The translations under genes and the position numbers were made by a program. Shown here piece after piece: positions 31,107 to 40,092 of a stretch of DNA of 64,000 bases. Source of the DNA: Pelagomonas calceolata (Eukaryota); the NCBI GenBank assembly GCA_918797485.1, contig CAKKNE010000004.1:620001-684000 (forward strand), in the 5' to 3' direction. Under the pieces are notes generated by a model. The model did no database searches, was not told where the DNA came from, and was given only the letters and a program-made list of their open reading frames with translations. The first letter of the stretch is position 1. Every line of letters starts with the position of its first letter.

Positions 31107-31517
31107 ATGCGACGCCGGACCTTGAGCCGCGACGAGTCGACGCCGCTGCTCACCATGGTCATTGCTGTCATCGTGGCGGACGCGGCCGTGACGGCCATTG
31201 TGGTGTCGGGAGCGCTGGGCCGAGACGTGTCCTGGGAGGACGTCGCTCGGGTGTGGTTCTACGACTTGATATGGTTCGTACTTACGGACTTATGCAAGAT
31301 ACCCCTGACGATGAGCATCGAGAACCTCTTCCCGCCCGTGCCAGTCACGGAGGCTCCCGTGCCGGACGAATCTGATCATGTGCTCGCGTTCGGGTGTGTC
31401 GATTTGGGCTATGCCTACGTCCGGGACACGAAGGAGAATGTTAGAAGGCGGTCGTCGCGTCGCTCGAGCGTCGACGTCGAGGCGCCGAGCGGCGCGGCGG
31501 CGGAGGGGGTCGTGTAG
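31107..31517 (+). CDS. Short ORF resembling the last two TM helices of a P3A plasma-membrane H+-ATPase (fragment)
   Basis: PLLTMVIAVIVA..TAIVV..VSWEDVARVWFYDLIWFVLTDLCK. Confidence 0.45.
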   Translation: MRRRTLSRDESTPLLTMVIAVIVADAAVTAIVVSGALGRDVSWEDVARVWFYDLIWFVLTDLCKIPLTMSIENLFPPVPVTEAPVPDESDHVLAFGCVDLGYAYVRDTKENVRRRSSRRSSVDVEAPSGAAAEGVV

Positions 31518-31569
31518 GAGTCTCTATCGTATATTTACGGTGGCGCGCGTCGATGGCGTCCTCGTTTGA

Positions 31570-31591
31570 GCTAGCGCCCTGAGACACTAGC
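31570..31591 (+). promoter_or_regulatory. CTAG-bracketed intergenic motif copy
   Basis: GCTAGCGCCCTGAGACACTAGC upstream of cyclophilin. Confidence 0.65.
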
Positions 31592-31724
31592 AAGCTGCCA
31601 AAAGCTCTCCCAGCGGATCGCGGCTCTGAGGCCCCAGTTTTGCTCACATCAGCTGTAGTAGTTGCAAAGCCATCTACCACATAGTAGCCACGCCCAGCCG
31701 CAGCGTTCTCCAGGCAGTTTAACG

Positions 31725-32426
31725 ATGCTCAAGCTCTCACTCCTGATTGCCAGCGCTGCGGCCTTCCAGCCGCGCGCGACGCCCAAGGTGCAGCCGCAGA
31801 CAGTGCGCCAATTCGGCATGCTCGATGGCCTGTTCAAGAAGAGCGAGGCCGACGTGACCGAAACAGTCTACTTCGACATTTCCATCGGCGGCGGCGCGCC
31901 GCAGCGCGTGGAGCTCGGCCTCTACGGCTCGACGACGCCGAAGACCTGCGAGAACTTTAAACAATTGTGCACGGGTAGCAAGGGCTTCGGCTACAAGGGC
32001 TCGCCGTTCCACCGTCCGACGACCGTGTCCGATTCCGTAAACGACGCGTGCGCCGCCCGTTCTGCCATATCATCACGCCGTCGCCGCGGCGCAGGCATCA
32101 TCCCCGGCTTCATGTGCCAGGGCGGCGACTTCACGAACGAGAACGGCACGGGCGGCAAGTCGATCTATGGCGAGAAGTTCGCCGACGAGAATTTTGACTT
32201 AGTACATGGAGGATTTGGGACCTTATCGATGGCGAACGCGGGCCCGAACACCAACGGCAGCCAGTTCTTCATCTGCCTCGACGACACGCCCTGGCTCAAC
32301 GGCAAGCACGTCGTCTTCGGCAAGGTTGTTTCCGGCGCGGAGACGATCCGGGCCATGGCCGCCGTCGGGAGCCAGTCCGGTGCGACGTCGCAGCCCGTCC
32401 GGATTGTGGACTCGGGGTCGTGCTAG
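31725..32426 (+). CDS. Plastid-targeted cyclophilin PPIase; intron 32014-32094
   Basis: ASAAAFQP leader; [58 protein letters not shown]. Confidence 0.95.
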   Translation: MLKLSLLIASAAAFQPRATPKVQPQTVRQFGMLDGLFKKSEADVTETVYFDISIGGGAPQRVELGLYGSTTPKTCENFKQLCTGSKGFGYKGSPFHRPTTVSDSVNDACAARSAISSRRRRGAGIIPGFMCQGGDFTNENGTGGKSIYGEKFADENFDLVHGGFGTLSMANAGPNTNGSQFFICLDDTPWLNGKHVVFGKVVSGAETIRAMAAVGSQSGATSQPVRIVDSGSC

Positions 32427-32435
32427 GGAGAGATG

Positions 32436-34997
32436 CTAACTAGGCTTATCATCGTCGCCCCCCTCGCTCCACAGGCCTGACAGCGGGTCGTCGGGATTTG
32501 TTGGAGCGTCGAGCTTCGGCACGTTGCGTTGCCGCCCGGCCTCCTCTTCTTCATCTGGGAGTGTTGATTTGACGCCGCCGAGCAGCGACGTCGATTTTGA
32601 TTCGGCGAGCGGGTCGGCCAGCGCCTTCTGCGCGTTTTCTGCCGCACCCGCCACAATCTCGACAAAGTCCGGCAGAAAGCTCCCGAAGAACCGCTCCGAG
32701 AGTAATAGTACAAGATCCAAAACCCGCAAGATGACGTCGCCGGCCGTCGCGTTCTCGGCAATTGCCTCACTCTCGGACTCGACGGCGATGGCGTCGCCCT
32801 CGCTGTCGAGCTTCGAGGCGGCCGTGCCGTTGATGACGCTGCCAGCGTCGTCTACCACAGTATCGTCGACCACGGCCTCCGCCTCCTCTTCCTCGACCTC
32901 GACTTCGAAAGGCGTCGTGTCGAGGACCTCGACCTCTTCTACCACAACCTCGGCCGCGATCTCCTCCTCGTCGTCGTCGTCCGCGGTCATTTCCAGAATA
33001 GCGTCGAGGCTCAGAGTCTCGGGCTCGGGGTCAGGCTCCGACGCCGGCTCGACGACTGAAGGCGCCGCTTCGGGCTCCGGCGCGACGACCGCCGGCTCCA
33101 CCGCCTCGTCGGCTTCGTCGGCGACCGCTTTTCTAGCCGCCTCGACCTCGGCCCGCGCCGCCGCCACCTCCGCCTCGGCGGCGGCGACCTCGGCCGCGAC
33201 GACGTCGGCGACCTCCGATTCCGCTCTAGCAAGCTTCTCCGCCTCTCGTTGTGCGCGCTCGGCCTCCTCCTTCTGTAAACGCGCGGCCTTCTCCTGGGCC
33301 GCTCGTTCCAGCGCCGCGGCGGCCTCCGCCTGGCGCCGCGCCGCCTCCTCCGCGCGCCGTTGTTCGACCTCGGCCGCGGCTTCCGCGTCGGCCTTTCGGC
33401 GACGCTCAGCCTCCTCTGCCCTAGCCTCTTCTTCCAGCCGCAGAGCCTCCTCTTCCGCAGCCTTTTTCGCTTCCGCCGCCGCCTGTAGAGCGTCTTCGTC
33501 CGCCTGGCGCTCGGCAAGTAACTCTTTATCTTCGGCCGACAAAGGCCGTTCTTCCCGAGAGACACCGGCCTCGGCTAAAGCCGCGTCCAACGCCGCCTCC
33601 CTCTTGAGAAGTTCCTCGAGCGCCAAGACCTCGCGCAGCGCGTCGGCAAAAGTTGCGGCCGCCTCGGGCGTCACTATCGACACGACATCAGCGAAGGCGC
33701 CGGCCGAGGCTAACCGCCGATTCCGCAACACATCACTGCCATCGGCCATAAAATTCTCGGAGAAGGTTAAACTATCATCGGCGAGGAACGTGGCCACCGC
33801 GTCCAACTGGTAGCGCAGCTGGTTCGCCCGCGAGTCGTCGATGAGGTTCCAGGCGTCTAGACAACTTTGTACGGCGTCGGCCGCGGCGTCTACTGCTCTA
33901 GCGACGCCGGGCCTTAGGTTGCGCTCGCGCGGCTTCTCAGGTTCAGGCTCCGGCTCCGGTTCAGGCTCCGGCAATGCGACGACCTCCTCGGGCTCGGGCA
34001 GCGCATTCATCGGCGCTTGCTCCAGCCTCTTGGGGGCGAGCTTGTCGAGAGCGGGTCCTATGCCCGGCAATTTCTCTTCAATACGAGCGCCGGGCCGCCG
34101 CTCCGTGAGCTCGCGTCGAGCCTCATACGCGACGTCCTGCAACGACGAGGCGGCCTTGGTCGGCAGGATCTTCCGGGACTGCTCCTTGCGTCGGCGCGCG
34201 TCGGCGGCCCTTAATTGGAGGTTCTCGGGCGTCTCGTCGGGAGGTGCCAAGGTCTTCAGCAACCCCGCATCAAAGGGGTTGATGCCCTCGCTCAGCAGAA
34301 GGGCCGCGTCCGTGAGGGACACGTTTGCTTTCAAAACGTCCTCGGCCGCCGTTAACAGACGCGACGACTCGTATTTTATCTTTCGTTTCGCGTATTCGAC
34401 CAACGCCAAGACCACGGCCTTAGATCTCTCTAACTCCGTCTCAAATCGGACCTGGGCGCCCTCCAGGGCGATCTTCGCCTTCACGGCGACCTCGGAGATG
34501 GTCCTCAGTGTTTCACTCTTGTACTCCCCTTCTAACTCAATACCAAAGGCCTTGAGGACGTCGTCGTCTAGAGCTTCTTTTTGTAATGTTTGCGTTCGTC
34601 CAGCGTCGTCCGTTTCCGAGGCTTCGACGAAGGCCGATTCGACCACGGCTTCTGCTACTCTACGCTGCTCCTCGCTGACGTCGGCGTCGTCGCCCTGGCT
34701 TTCGGCGTCGGCCTTGGCCTTTTGCGCCGCCGCCGTCGTGTTGACGGCGGGCTTGGGCTTGAAGAAGGATTGCATACTGTCCATGAACGATTGCGCTTGC
34801 GGCTTTGCGGGTGCTTCCTCGTCCGTGTCGGTGGCTCGCAGCGCGGTGCGACGCGGCTTGGCGCCATGCTGGTCGATGGCTCGCGCTGCGTTGCGGACCC
34901 TTGGCGTGATGCCGCGCGCTGCCGGCCTCTGCCAAGCTGCTGCAGTGCACAGCAGCAAGGCGAGCGCCGCGCTGCGGCTGCAAGCGCCGCCACGCAT
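32436..34997 (-). CDS. Large acidic coiled-coil protein, probably plastid-targeted
   Basis: Signal + AAAW transit-like leader; long Glu/Ala coiled coil, EP repeats. Confidence 0.7.
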   Translation of the reverse strand: MRGGACSRSAALALLLCTAAAWQRPAARGITPRVRNAARAIDQHGAKPRRTALRATDTDEEAPAKPQAQSFMDSMQSFFKPKPAVNTTAAAQKAKADAESQGDDADVSEEQRRVAEAVVESAFVEASETDDAGRTQTLQKEALDDDVLKAFGIELEGEYKSETLRTISEVAVKAKIALEGAQVRFETELERSKAVVLALVEYAKRKIKYESSRLLTAAEDVLKANVSLTDAALLLSEGINPFDAGLLKTLAPPDETPENLQLRAADARRRKEQSRKILPTKAASSLQDVAYEARRELTERRPGARIEEKLPGIGPALDKLAPKRLEQAPMNALPEPEEVVALPEPEPEPEPEPEKPRERNLRPGVARAVDAAADAVQSCLDAWNLIDDSRANQLRYQLDAVATFLADDSLTFSENFMADGSDVLRNRRLASAGAFADVVSIVTPEAAATFADALREVLALEELLKREAALDAALAEAGVSREERPLSAEDKELLAERQADEDALQAAAEAKKAAEEEALRLEEEARAEEAERRRKADAEAAAEVEQRRAEEAARRQAEAAAALERAAQEKAARLQKEEAERAQREAEKLARAESEVADVVAAEVAAAEAEVAAARAEVEAARKAVADEADEAVEPAVVAPEPEAAPSVVEPASEPDPEPETLSLDAILEMTADDDDEEEIAAEVVVEEVEVLDTTPFEVEVEEEEAEAVVDDTVVDDAGSVINGTAASKLDSEGDAIAVESESEAIAENATAGDVILRVLDLVLLLSERFFGSFLPDFVEIVAGAAENAQKALADPLAESKSTSLLGGVKSTLPDEEEEAGRQRNVPKLDAPTNPDDPLSGLWSEGGDDDKPS

Positions 34998-35098
34998 TGC
35001 AGGCCGCAACCTTGGTGTCAAAACGTATCTGAAACGCAGCGCTGGCTTCGATTGATGCAACCTGGGCGTCAAAGCCAAAATGACTGAGCAAATCCAGA

Positions 35099-35122
35099 GC
35101 TAGCGGCCTGTAAGACACTAGC
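35099..35122 (+). promoter_or_regulatory. CTAG-bracketed intergenic motif copy
   Basis: GCTAGCGGCCTGTAAGACACTAGC between divergent genes. Confidence 0.7.
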
Positions 35123-35432
35123 CAGGGACCCGAAGAACCGTCAAAGCCGTTGTTTTCGCTTCTAGGAAACATACGAAGGGCAGAGACGACGTCCCGGCGA
35201 CCATTCACCGCGCCAGAAATCACGGTGACATTTTGGAGATGCCCTTTGGCAGTCGAATACGCCGCGCGAGCGCACCTGTGGCCCATAATTGCTCGCAGCC
35301 CTCACAGTGCTGCACAGCGACACCGCCCCCTCAATAATTTAGAGCGCTTCGGCACCAGACAGCTCGCTGCACCCCAAACACTGCAGCCAGGCTAAGCTAA
35401 CCCATCGCACGCCGCCGCCGCGCAGCCACGCC

Positions 35433-36038
35433 ATGGCCCTGCTGTGGAGAGGCTACTGCGCAGCGCTACAGCGCCACCCCTTCAAGGTCAAGGCCACGAC
35501 GTCGGGCTGCACCTTCGCCGCGACCGACGCCCTCGCGCAGTCGAGAGACGACAAGCCCTACGACTGGACGGCCACAGCAAGGAACGCGTCCTTCGGCGTG
35601 TTGTGGCTGGGCCCGGCGAACCACCTCTTCTGGGGTAGAACCGTCGGCCTCGAGCGGTGGTTTCCTGGGACCTCTTGGGCGAACGTCTTCAAGCGAGTAG
35701 TGGTCGATCAAGCAACTCTGATGCCGCTGAACATGGCCCTGTTTTTAGCGTGGCCGGCGCTGTGGGCCCGTGACTTGCAGAAGGCGCGGGAGGACGTCGA
35801 GGGGAGCTTCATCGACTCGGTCAGTTTCGCGCTGTGCGTGTGGCCGGTCGTGCACCCGTTTTCTTTCCGATACGTGCCCCTCGAGCACCGCCTGCTCGTG
35901 CTGAACGCGTGCAGCCTGGTGACGTTTTCGTTTGCCACGTTCGTGAAGGGGTCGCAGCCGTGCGACGACGACGTCTGCGATGCGAAGGCGTTGCAGCGAC
36001 GGCGGACGATCGCGGCGGCGGCCGCCGCCGCTGGCTAG
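35433..36038 (+). CDS. Mpv17/PMP22 family membrane protein
   Basis: Y..ALQRHP..KATTSG..DALAQ, VVVDQ..P, WPVVH..FRYVPLEHR. Confidence 0.92.
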   Translation: MALLWRGYCAALQRHPFKVKATTSGCTFAATDALAQSRDDKPYDWTATARNASFGVLWLGPANHLFWGRTVGLERWFPGTSWANVFKRVVVDQATLMPLNMALFLAWPALWARDLQKAREDVEGSFIDSVSFALCVWPVVHPFSFRYVPLEHRLLVLNACSLVTFSFATFVKGSQPCDDDVCDAKALQRRRTIAAAAAAAG

Positions 36039-36426
36039 CTTGTGTAACTTACGTTGTGGTCTTACGCGTCTTCAGACCCCGAGTCGTCGCCGCGGCGGAA
36101 GCGGTCGGCCACGCGGACCACGCGGCGCGTCCGCAGCTTCTCCTCGCTCGCGCGTTGGCTCCATACGCCTCCCCGACCGGTCCCCGAGCAGTACAGCGCC
36201 AGGAAGACTCATCCTGGCGCGGTCCCAAAAAAAGTAAACAGCGCCGACGGCGGGCGCTGGCATTCTGTTTGCGTGTGTTGCGCCTCGCCTCGGGCGTGTA
36301 GAAGGTAACCACCACTGCAGAAGGGCCAAGATGGCAGCCCAATCGAGTGCCAGCGGCTCCGGCAGCGATTCCGCCGATGCGCCAACAAAAAAAAAGAAGC
36401 GCAAAAAACGCAAAAAAAAATAAAGC

Positions 36427-36450
36427 GCTAGCGTCTGTTAAGACACTAGC
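36427..36450 (+). promoter_or_regulatory. CTAG-bracketed intergenic motif copy
   Basis: GCTAGCGTCTGTTAAGACACTAGC upstream of giant mosaic gene. Confidence 0.7.
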
Positions 36451-36646
36451 AAGCAAAAGCCAGGTTTGGCTGGTGGCCTACTGTGCCTTCTGCACAAGTT
36501 CGCCGACGAGCTCGACACGAGCGAGCCACGGACGCCGAGCGACGCTGCGCAGTGTCTGCTGCCCCAAAAAGCAGCAGGAAGTCCACTGAAGGGCAGCAGC
36601 AAGCCCACAAAGGCCACCGCCTCCGCGAGGCACGCGACGGCCGACG

Positions 36647-38899
36647 ATGGGCCGTGGCGCTGCGCGACGCACGGGAGATGTTGGGAGCGGGCCCGGCGGG
36701 ACCAAAGATGCGCACAAGAAGGCCTTGGGGCCCCAAGACGGCGGCGGCGGTCCGTCGACGGTAATTGCTTTGGGTGGAAACGGGTCGGGCTCGTCACATC
36801 CGACGAAGCCCGTCGATCTAGATGCTACTACGAAGAAACGTTACCGTTTACGCCATTTCAAACGTTTGAAAGAACGCAGCAACCGACGTAAGCGTGATCA
36901 AGATGAACGCCTTTTCACTAAAAGTCTGAAGGCGACGGCTACCAACGAAGAGCCGAATCGGAAAGAACGTCGCGAGGGTGTTCAGGGTTTTAAACCGGCC
37001 AAAAAAACAGTAAAATTGAGCGTTCCGCCGCCCAAGCCCGTGATCGTAGATGATGGCTCAAACAAATTTGGCTCTCTTCATGTGGAAACCGAAGTCACAT
37101 CATCTCTTATTTCTAAGACCACAACCGCCTCTACCACTACATCTGTCGAGGAAGACGTTTATTGGTCGCCACGCAAATCTACCGATAAACCAGTTATTTC
37201 CTACAAAGGAGAAGAGCTTGATCCAAAGGATGAACGTGACTCTAAGATTTGCAACGTCGTGCTGCGCGGTAATCACTATATTAATAAACAAGAGCGTCGC
37301 ACGACCTTCGTGGGGGCTCTGAAGACGCACTTCGACGCGCATAAGTCTGGTGATGACGGCCTGTCGAAGAAAGATGTGAACGCCGCGCTCAAGTCCTTTG
37401 CCAAGAAAGATAGAACGGGCAAGTTCCCGAAGCTCGAGGAGCTCGAGGCGCTGTTTGGAGACATGGATCTGAACGGCGCGGGCCGCGTGTCCTACGACGA
37501 GCTGACGGACTTCATCGACGACATCGACGCCGACGACATCGGCGCCGGCCGCAATCGCCGCGGGAAGGGTGCCGGTGGTATCGAAACGATTTACCTAAAA
37601 GAAGATCGTGTTCCTAAATTAGATTACATTTACCGTGAAGACCTACAAGTGACTTATTCTCTAAAATTAGGACGGTTGAAACTGCGGTTGAAACTGCGAT
37701 ATATAATTCAGCAATTGGCCTTCCGTCGTCAACACAAGGTGTCATTGAAGGTGACCCACCTGATGGCTGAGACCTTCAAACGCAACTTGATGTTCCTAAA
37801 CAACATTCCTAACAAAGATGTGGTGGTGTCTCATGGGCTTCTGGCGCTGCCTTCCACTTCCGACTGCGCGGCGACTGCTGCGCCCGGCGAGGCGTCCTTC
37901 GAGGGCCAGCACGCGGCACTTGCGGCGCTGGGCCAGGCCGTGCTCGCGGCGCTGGGCGTGGCGTTCTTCCAGGGCTCGACTCCTATCGATGTCGTCGGGG
38001 GCTACGTCTTCTCGCTGGACGTCCTCGGCGACGCGCTGTCGCTGGACGTGCTGACGAACTCAAATGTGCTTCACAAGACGGGCTTCATGGGCGCGGCGCC
38101 GACGGTGGTCTTCTTGGGTGGTTCGGAGGGACTCAACGCCCTCTTGCTGGACGCGTCGGCGGCCGCGGCGCTCGACGGCGTGTTCAAGGGCCTCTTCGGC
38201 GTCGCTGCGCTTCGCGGGCAACCGGTAGTCGTGGGCGCGGCGCCGGACGTGCCATTGTATAATTCTTCGGACGGCCTAGACGTCTTCTCGGACAACCTCT
38301 GCCAGCGGGCTGGCGGCGCGCGGCTCGTGGGCGCGTTGACGGATTCATTAGATGGGCTACGGACGGCGGGCCTCGCGGCGGCGGCCGCGGACGCGGCGTG
38401 CGTCCAGGGCTCGGCTTCGCTCGACGTCGCGTTGTGTCAGAACTCGCCGCGGGCCGTCGCGCGGCTCGTGGGCGCGTTGACGGATTCATTAGATGGGCTA
38501 CGGACGGCGAGCCTCGCGGTGGCGGTCGCGGACGCGGCGTGCGTCCAGGGCTCGGCTTCGCTCGACGTCGCGTTGTGTCAGAACTCGCCGCGGGCCGTCG
38601 CGCGGCTCGTGGGCGCGTTGACGGATTCATTAGATGGGCTACGGACGGCGGGCCTCGCGGCGGCGGTCGCGGACGCGGCGTGCGCCCAGGGCTCGGCCGC
38701 TCGGCGTCGCGTTGTGTCAGAACTCGCCGCGGGCCGTCGCGCGGCTCGTGGGCGCGTTGACGGATTCATTAGATGGGCTACGGACGGCGGGCCTCGCGGC
38801 GGCGGCCGCGGACGCGGCGTGCCCAGGGCCCGGCTTCGCTCGACGTCGCGTTGTGTCAGAACTCGCCGCGGGCCGTCGCGCGGCTCGTGGGCGCGTTGA
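36647..38899 (+). CDS. 5' part of giant mosaic gene (basic region, EF-hand pair, hydrophobic segment, start of VNTR)
   Basis: ATG 36647; DLNGAGRVSYDEL EF-hand; terminates after two 2-bp deletions in the repeat array. Confidence 0.6.
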   Translation: MGRGAARRTGDVGSGPGGTKDAHKKALGPQDGGGGPSTVIALGGNGSGSSHPTKPVDLDATTKKRYRLRHFKRLKERSNRRKRDQDERLFTKSLKATATNEEPNRKERREGVQGFKPAKKTVKLSVPPPKPVIVDDGSNKFGSLHVETEVTSSLISKTTTASTTTSVEEDVYWSPRKSTDKPVISYKGEELDPKDERDSKICNVVLRGNHYINKQERRTTFVGALKTHFDAHKSGDDGLSKKDVNAALKSFAKKDRTGKFPKLEELEALFGDMDLNGAGRVSYDELTDFIDDIDADDIGAGRNRRGKGAGGIETIYLKEDRVPKLDYIYREDLQVTYSLKLGRLKLRLKLRYIIQQLAFRRQHKVSLKVTHLMAETFKRNLMFLNNIPNKDVVVSHGLLALPSTSDCAATAAPGEASFEGQHAALAALGQAVLAALGVAFFQGSTPIDVVGGYVFSLDVLGDALSLDVLTNSNVLHKTGFMGAAPTVVFLGGSEGLNALLLDASAAAALDGVFKGLFGVAALRGQPVVVGAAPDVPLYNSSDGLDVFSDNLCQRAGGARLVGALTDSLDGLRTAGLAAAAADAACVQGSASLDVALCQNSPRAVARLVGALTDSLDGLRTASLAVAVADAACVQGSASLDVALCQNSPRAVARLVGALTDSLDGLRTAGLAAAVADAACAQGSAARRRVVSELAAGRRAARGRVDGFIRWATDGGPRGGGRGRGVPRARLRSTSRCVRTRRGPSRGSWAR

Positions 38900-40092
38900 C
38901 GGATTCATTAGATGGGCTACGGACGGCGAGCCTCGCGGTGGCGGTCGCGGACGCGGCGTGCGTCCAGGGCTCGGCCGCTCGACGTCGCGTTGTGTCAGAA
39001 CTCGCCGCGGGCCGTCGCGCGGCTCGTGGGCGCGTTGACGGATTCATTAGATGGGCTACGGACGGCGGGCCTCGCGGCGGCGGTCGCGGACGCGGCGTGC
39101 GCCCAGGGCTCGGCCGCTCGACGTCGCGTTGTGTCAGAACTCGCCGCGGGCCGTCGCGCGGCTCGTGGGCGCGTTGACGGATTCATTAGATGGGCTACGG
39201 ACGGCGAGCCTCGCGGTGGCGGTCGCGGACGCGGCGTGCGTCCAGGGCTCGGCTTCGCTCGACGTCGCGTTGTGTCAGAACTCGCCGCGGGCCGTCGCGC
39301 GGCTCGTGGGCGCGTTGACGGATTCATTAGATGGGCTACGGACGGCGGGCCTCGCGGCGGCGGTCGCGGACGCGGCGTGCGTCCAGGGCTCGGCTTCGCT
39401 CGACGTCGCGTTGTGTCAGAACTCGCCGCGGGCCGTCGCGCGGCTCGTGGGCGCGTTGACGGATTCATTAGATGGGCTACGGACGGCGAGCCTCGCGGTG
39501 GCGGTCGCGGACGCGGCGTGCGTCCAGGGCTCGGCTTCGCTCGACGTCGCGTTGTGTCAGAACTCGCCGCGGGCCGTCGCGCGGCTCGTGGGCGCGTTGA
39601 CGGATTCATTAGATGGGCTACGGACGGCGAGCCTCGCGGTGGCGGTCGCGGACGCGGCGTGCGTCCAGGGCTCGGCTTCGCTCGACGTCGCGTTGTGTCA
39701 GAACTCGCCGCGGGCCGTCGCGCGGCTCGTGGGCGCGTTGACGGATTCATTAGATGGGCTACGGACGGCGGGCCTCGCGGCGGCGGTCGCGGACGCGGCG
39801 TGCGCCCAGGGCTCGGCCGCTCGGCGTCGCGTTGTGTCAGAACTCGCCGCGGGCCGTCGCGCGGCTCGTGGGCGCGTTGACGGATTCATTAGATGGGCTA
39901 CGGACGGCGAGCCTCGCGGTGGCGGTCGCGGACGCGGCGTGCGTCCAGGGCTCGGCTTCGCTCGACGTCGCGTTGTGTCAGAACTCGCCGCGGGCCGTCG
40001 CGCGGCTCGTGGGCGCGTTGACGGATTCATTAGATGGGCTACGGACGGCGGGCCTCGCGGCGGCGGTCGCGGACGCGGCGTGCGTCCAGGGC
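38317..40092 (+). repeat. Coding minisatellite: 13 cores, with 12 intervals of 141 bp (x7) or 139 bp (x5)
   Basis: GATGGGCTAC core at 38351, 38492, 38633, 38772, 38911, 39050, 39189, 39330, 39471, 39612, 39753, 39892, 40033. Confidence 0.97.

Noticed and set aside
32524..35055. Long + strand Ser/Ala-rich ORFs (429 and 404 aa)
   Set aside because: Antisense shadows of the Glu/Ala-rich minus-strand gene in GC-rich DNA
38317..40092. Possible CRISPR array
   Set aside because: No unique spacers; contiguous tandem units in a eukaryotic coding frame; no cas genes
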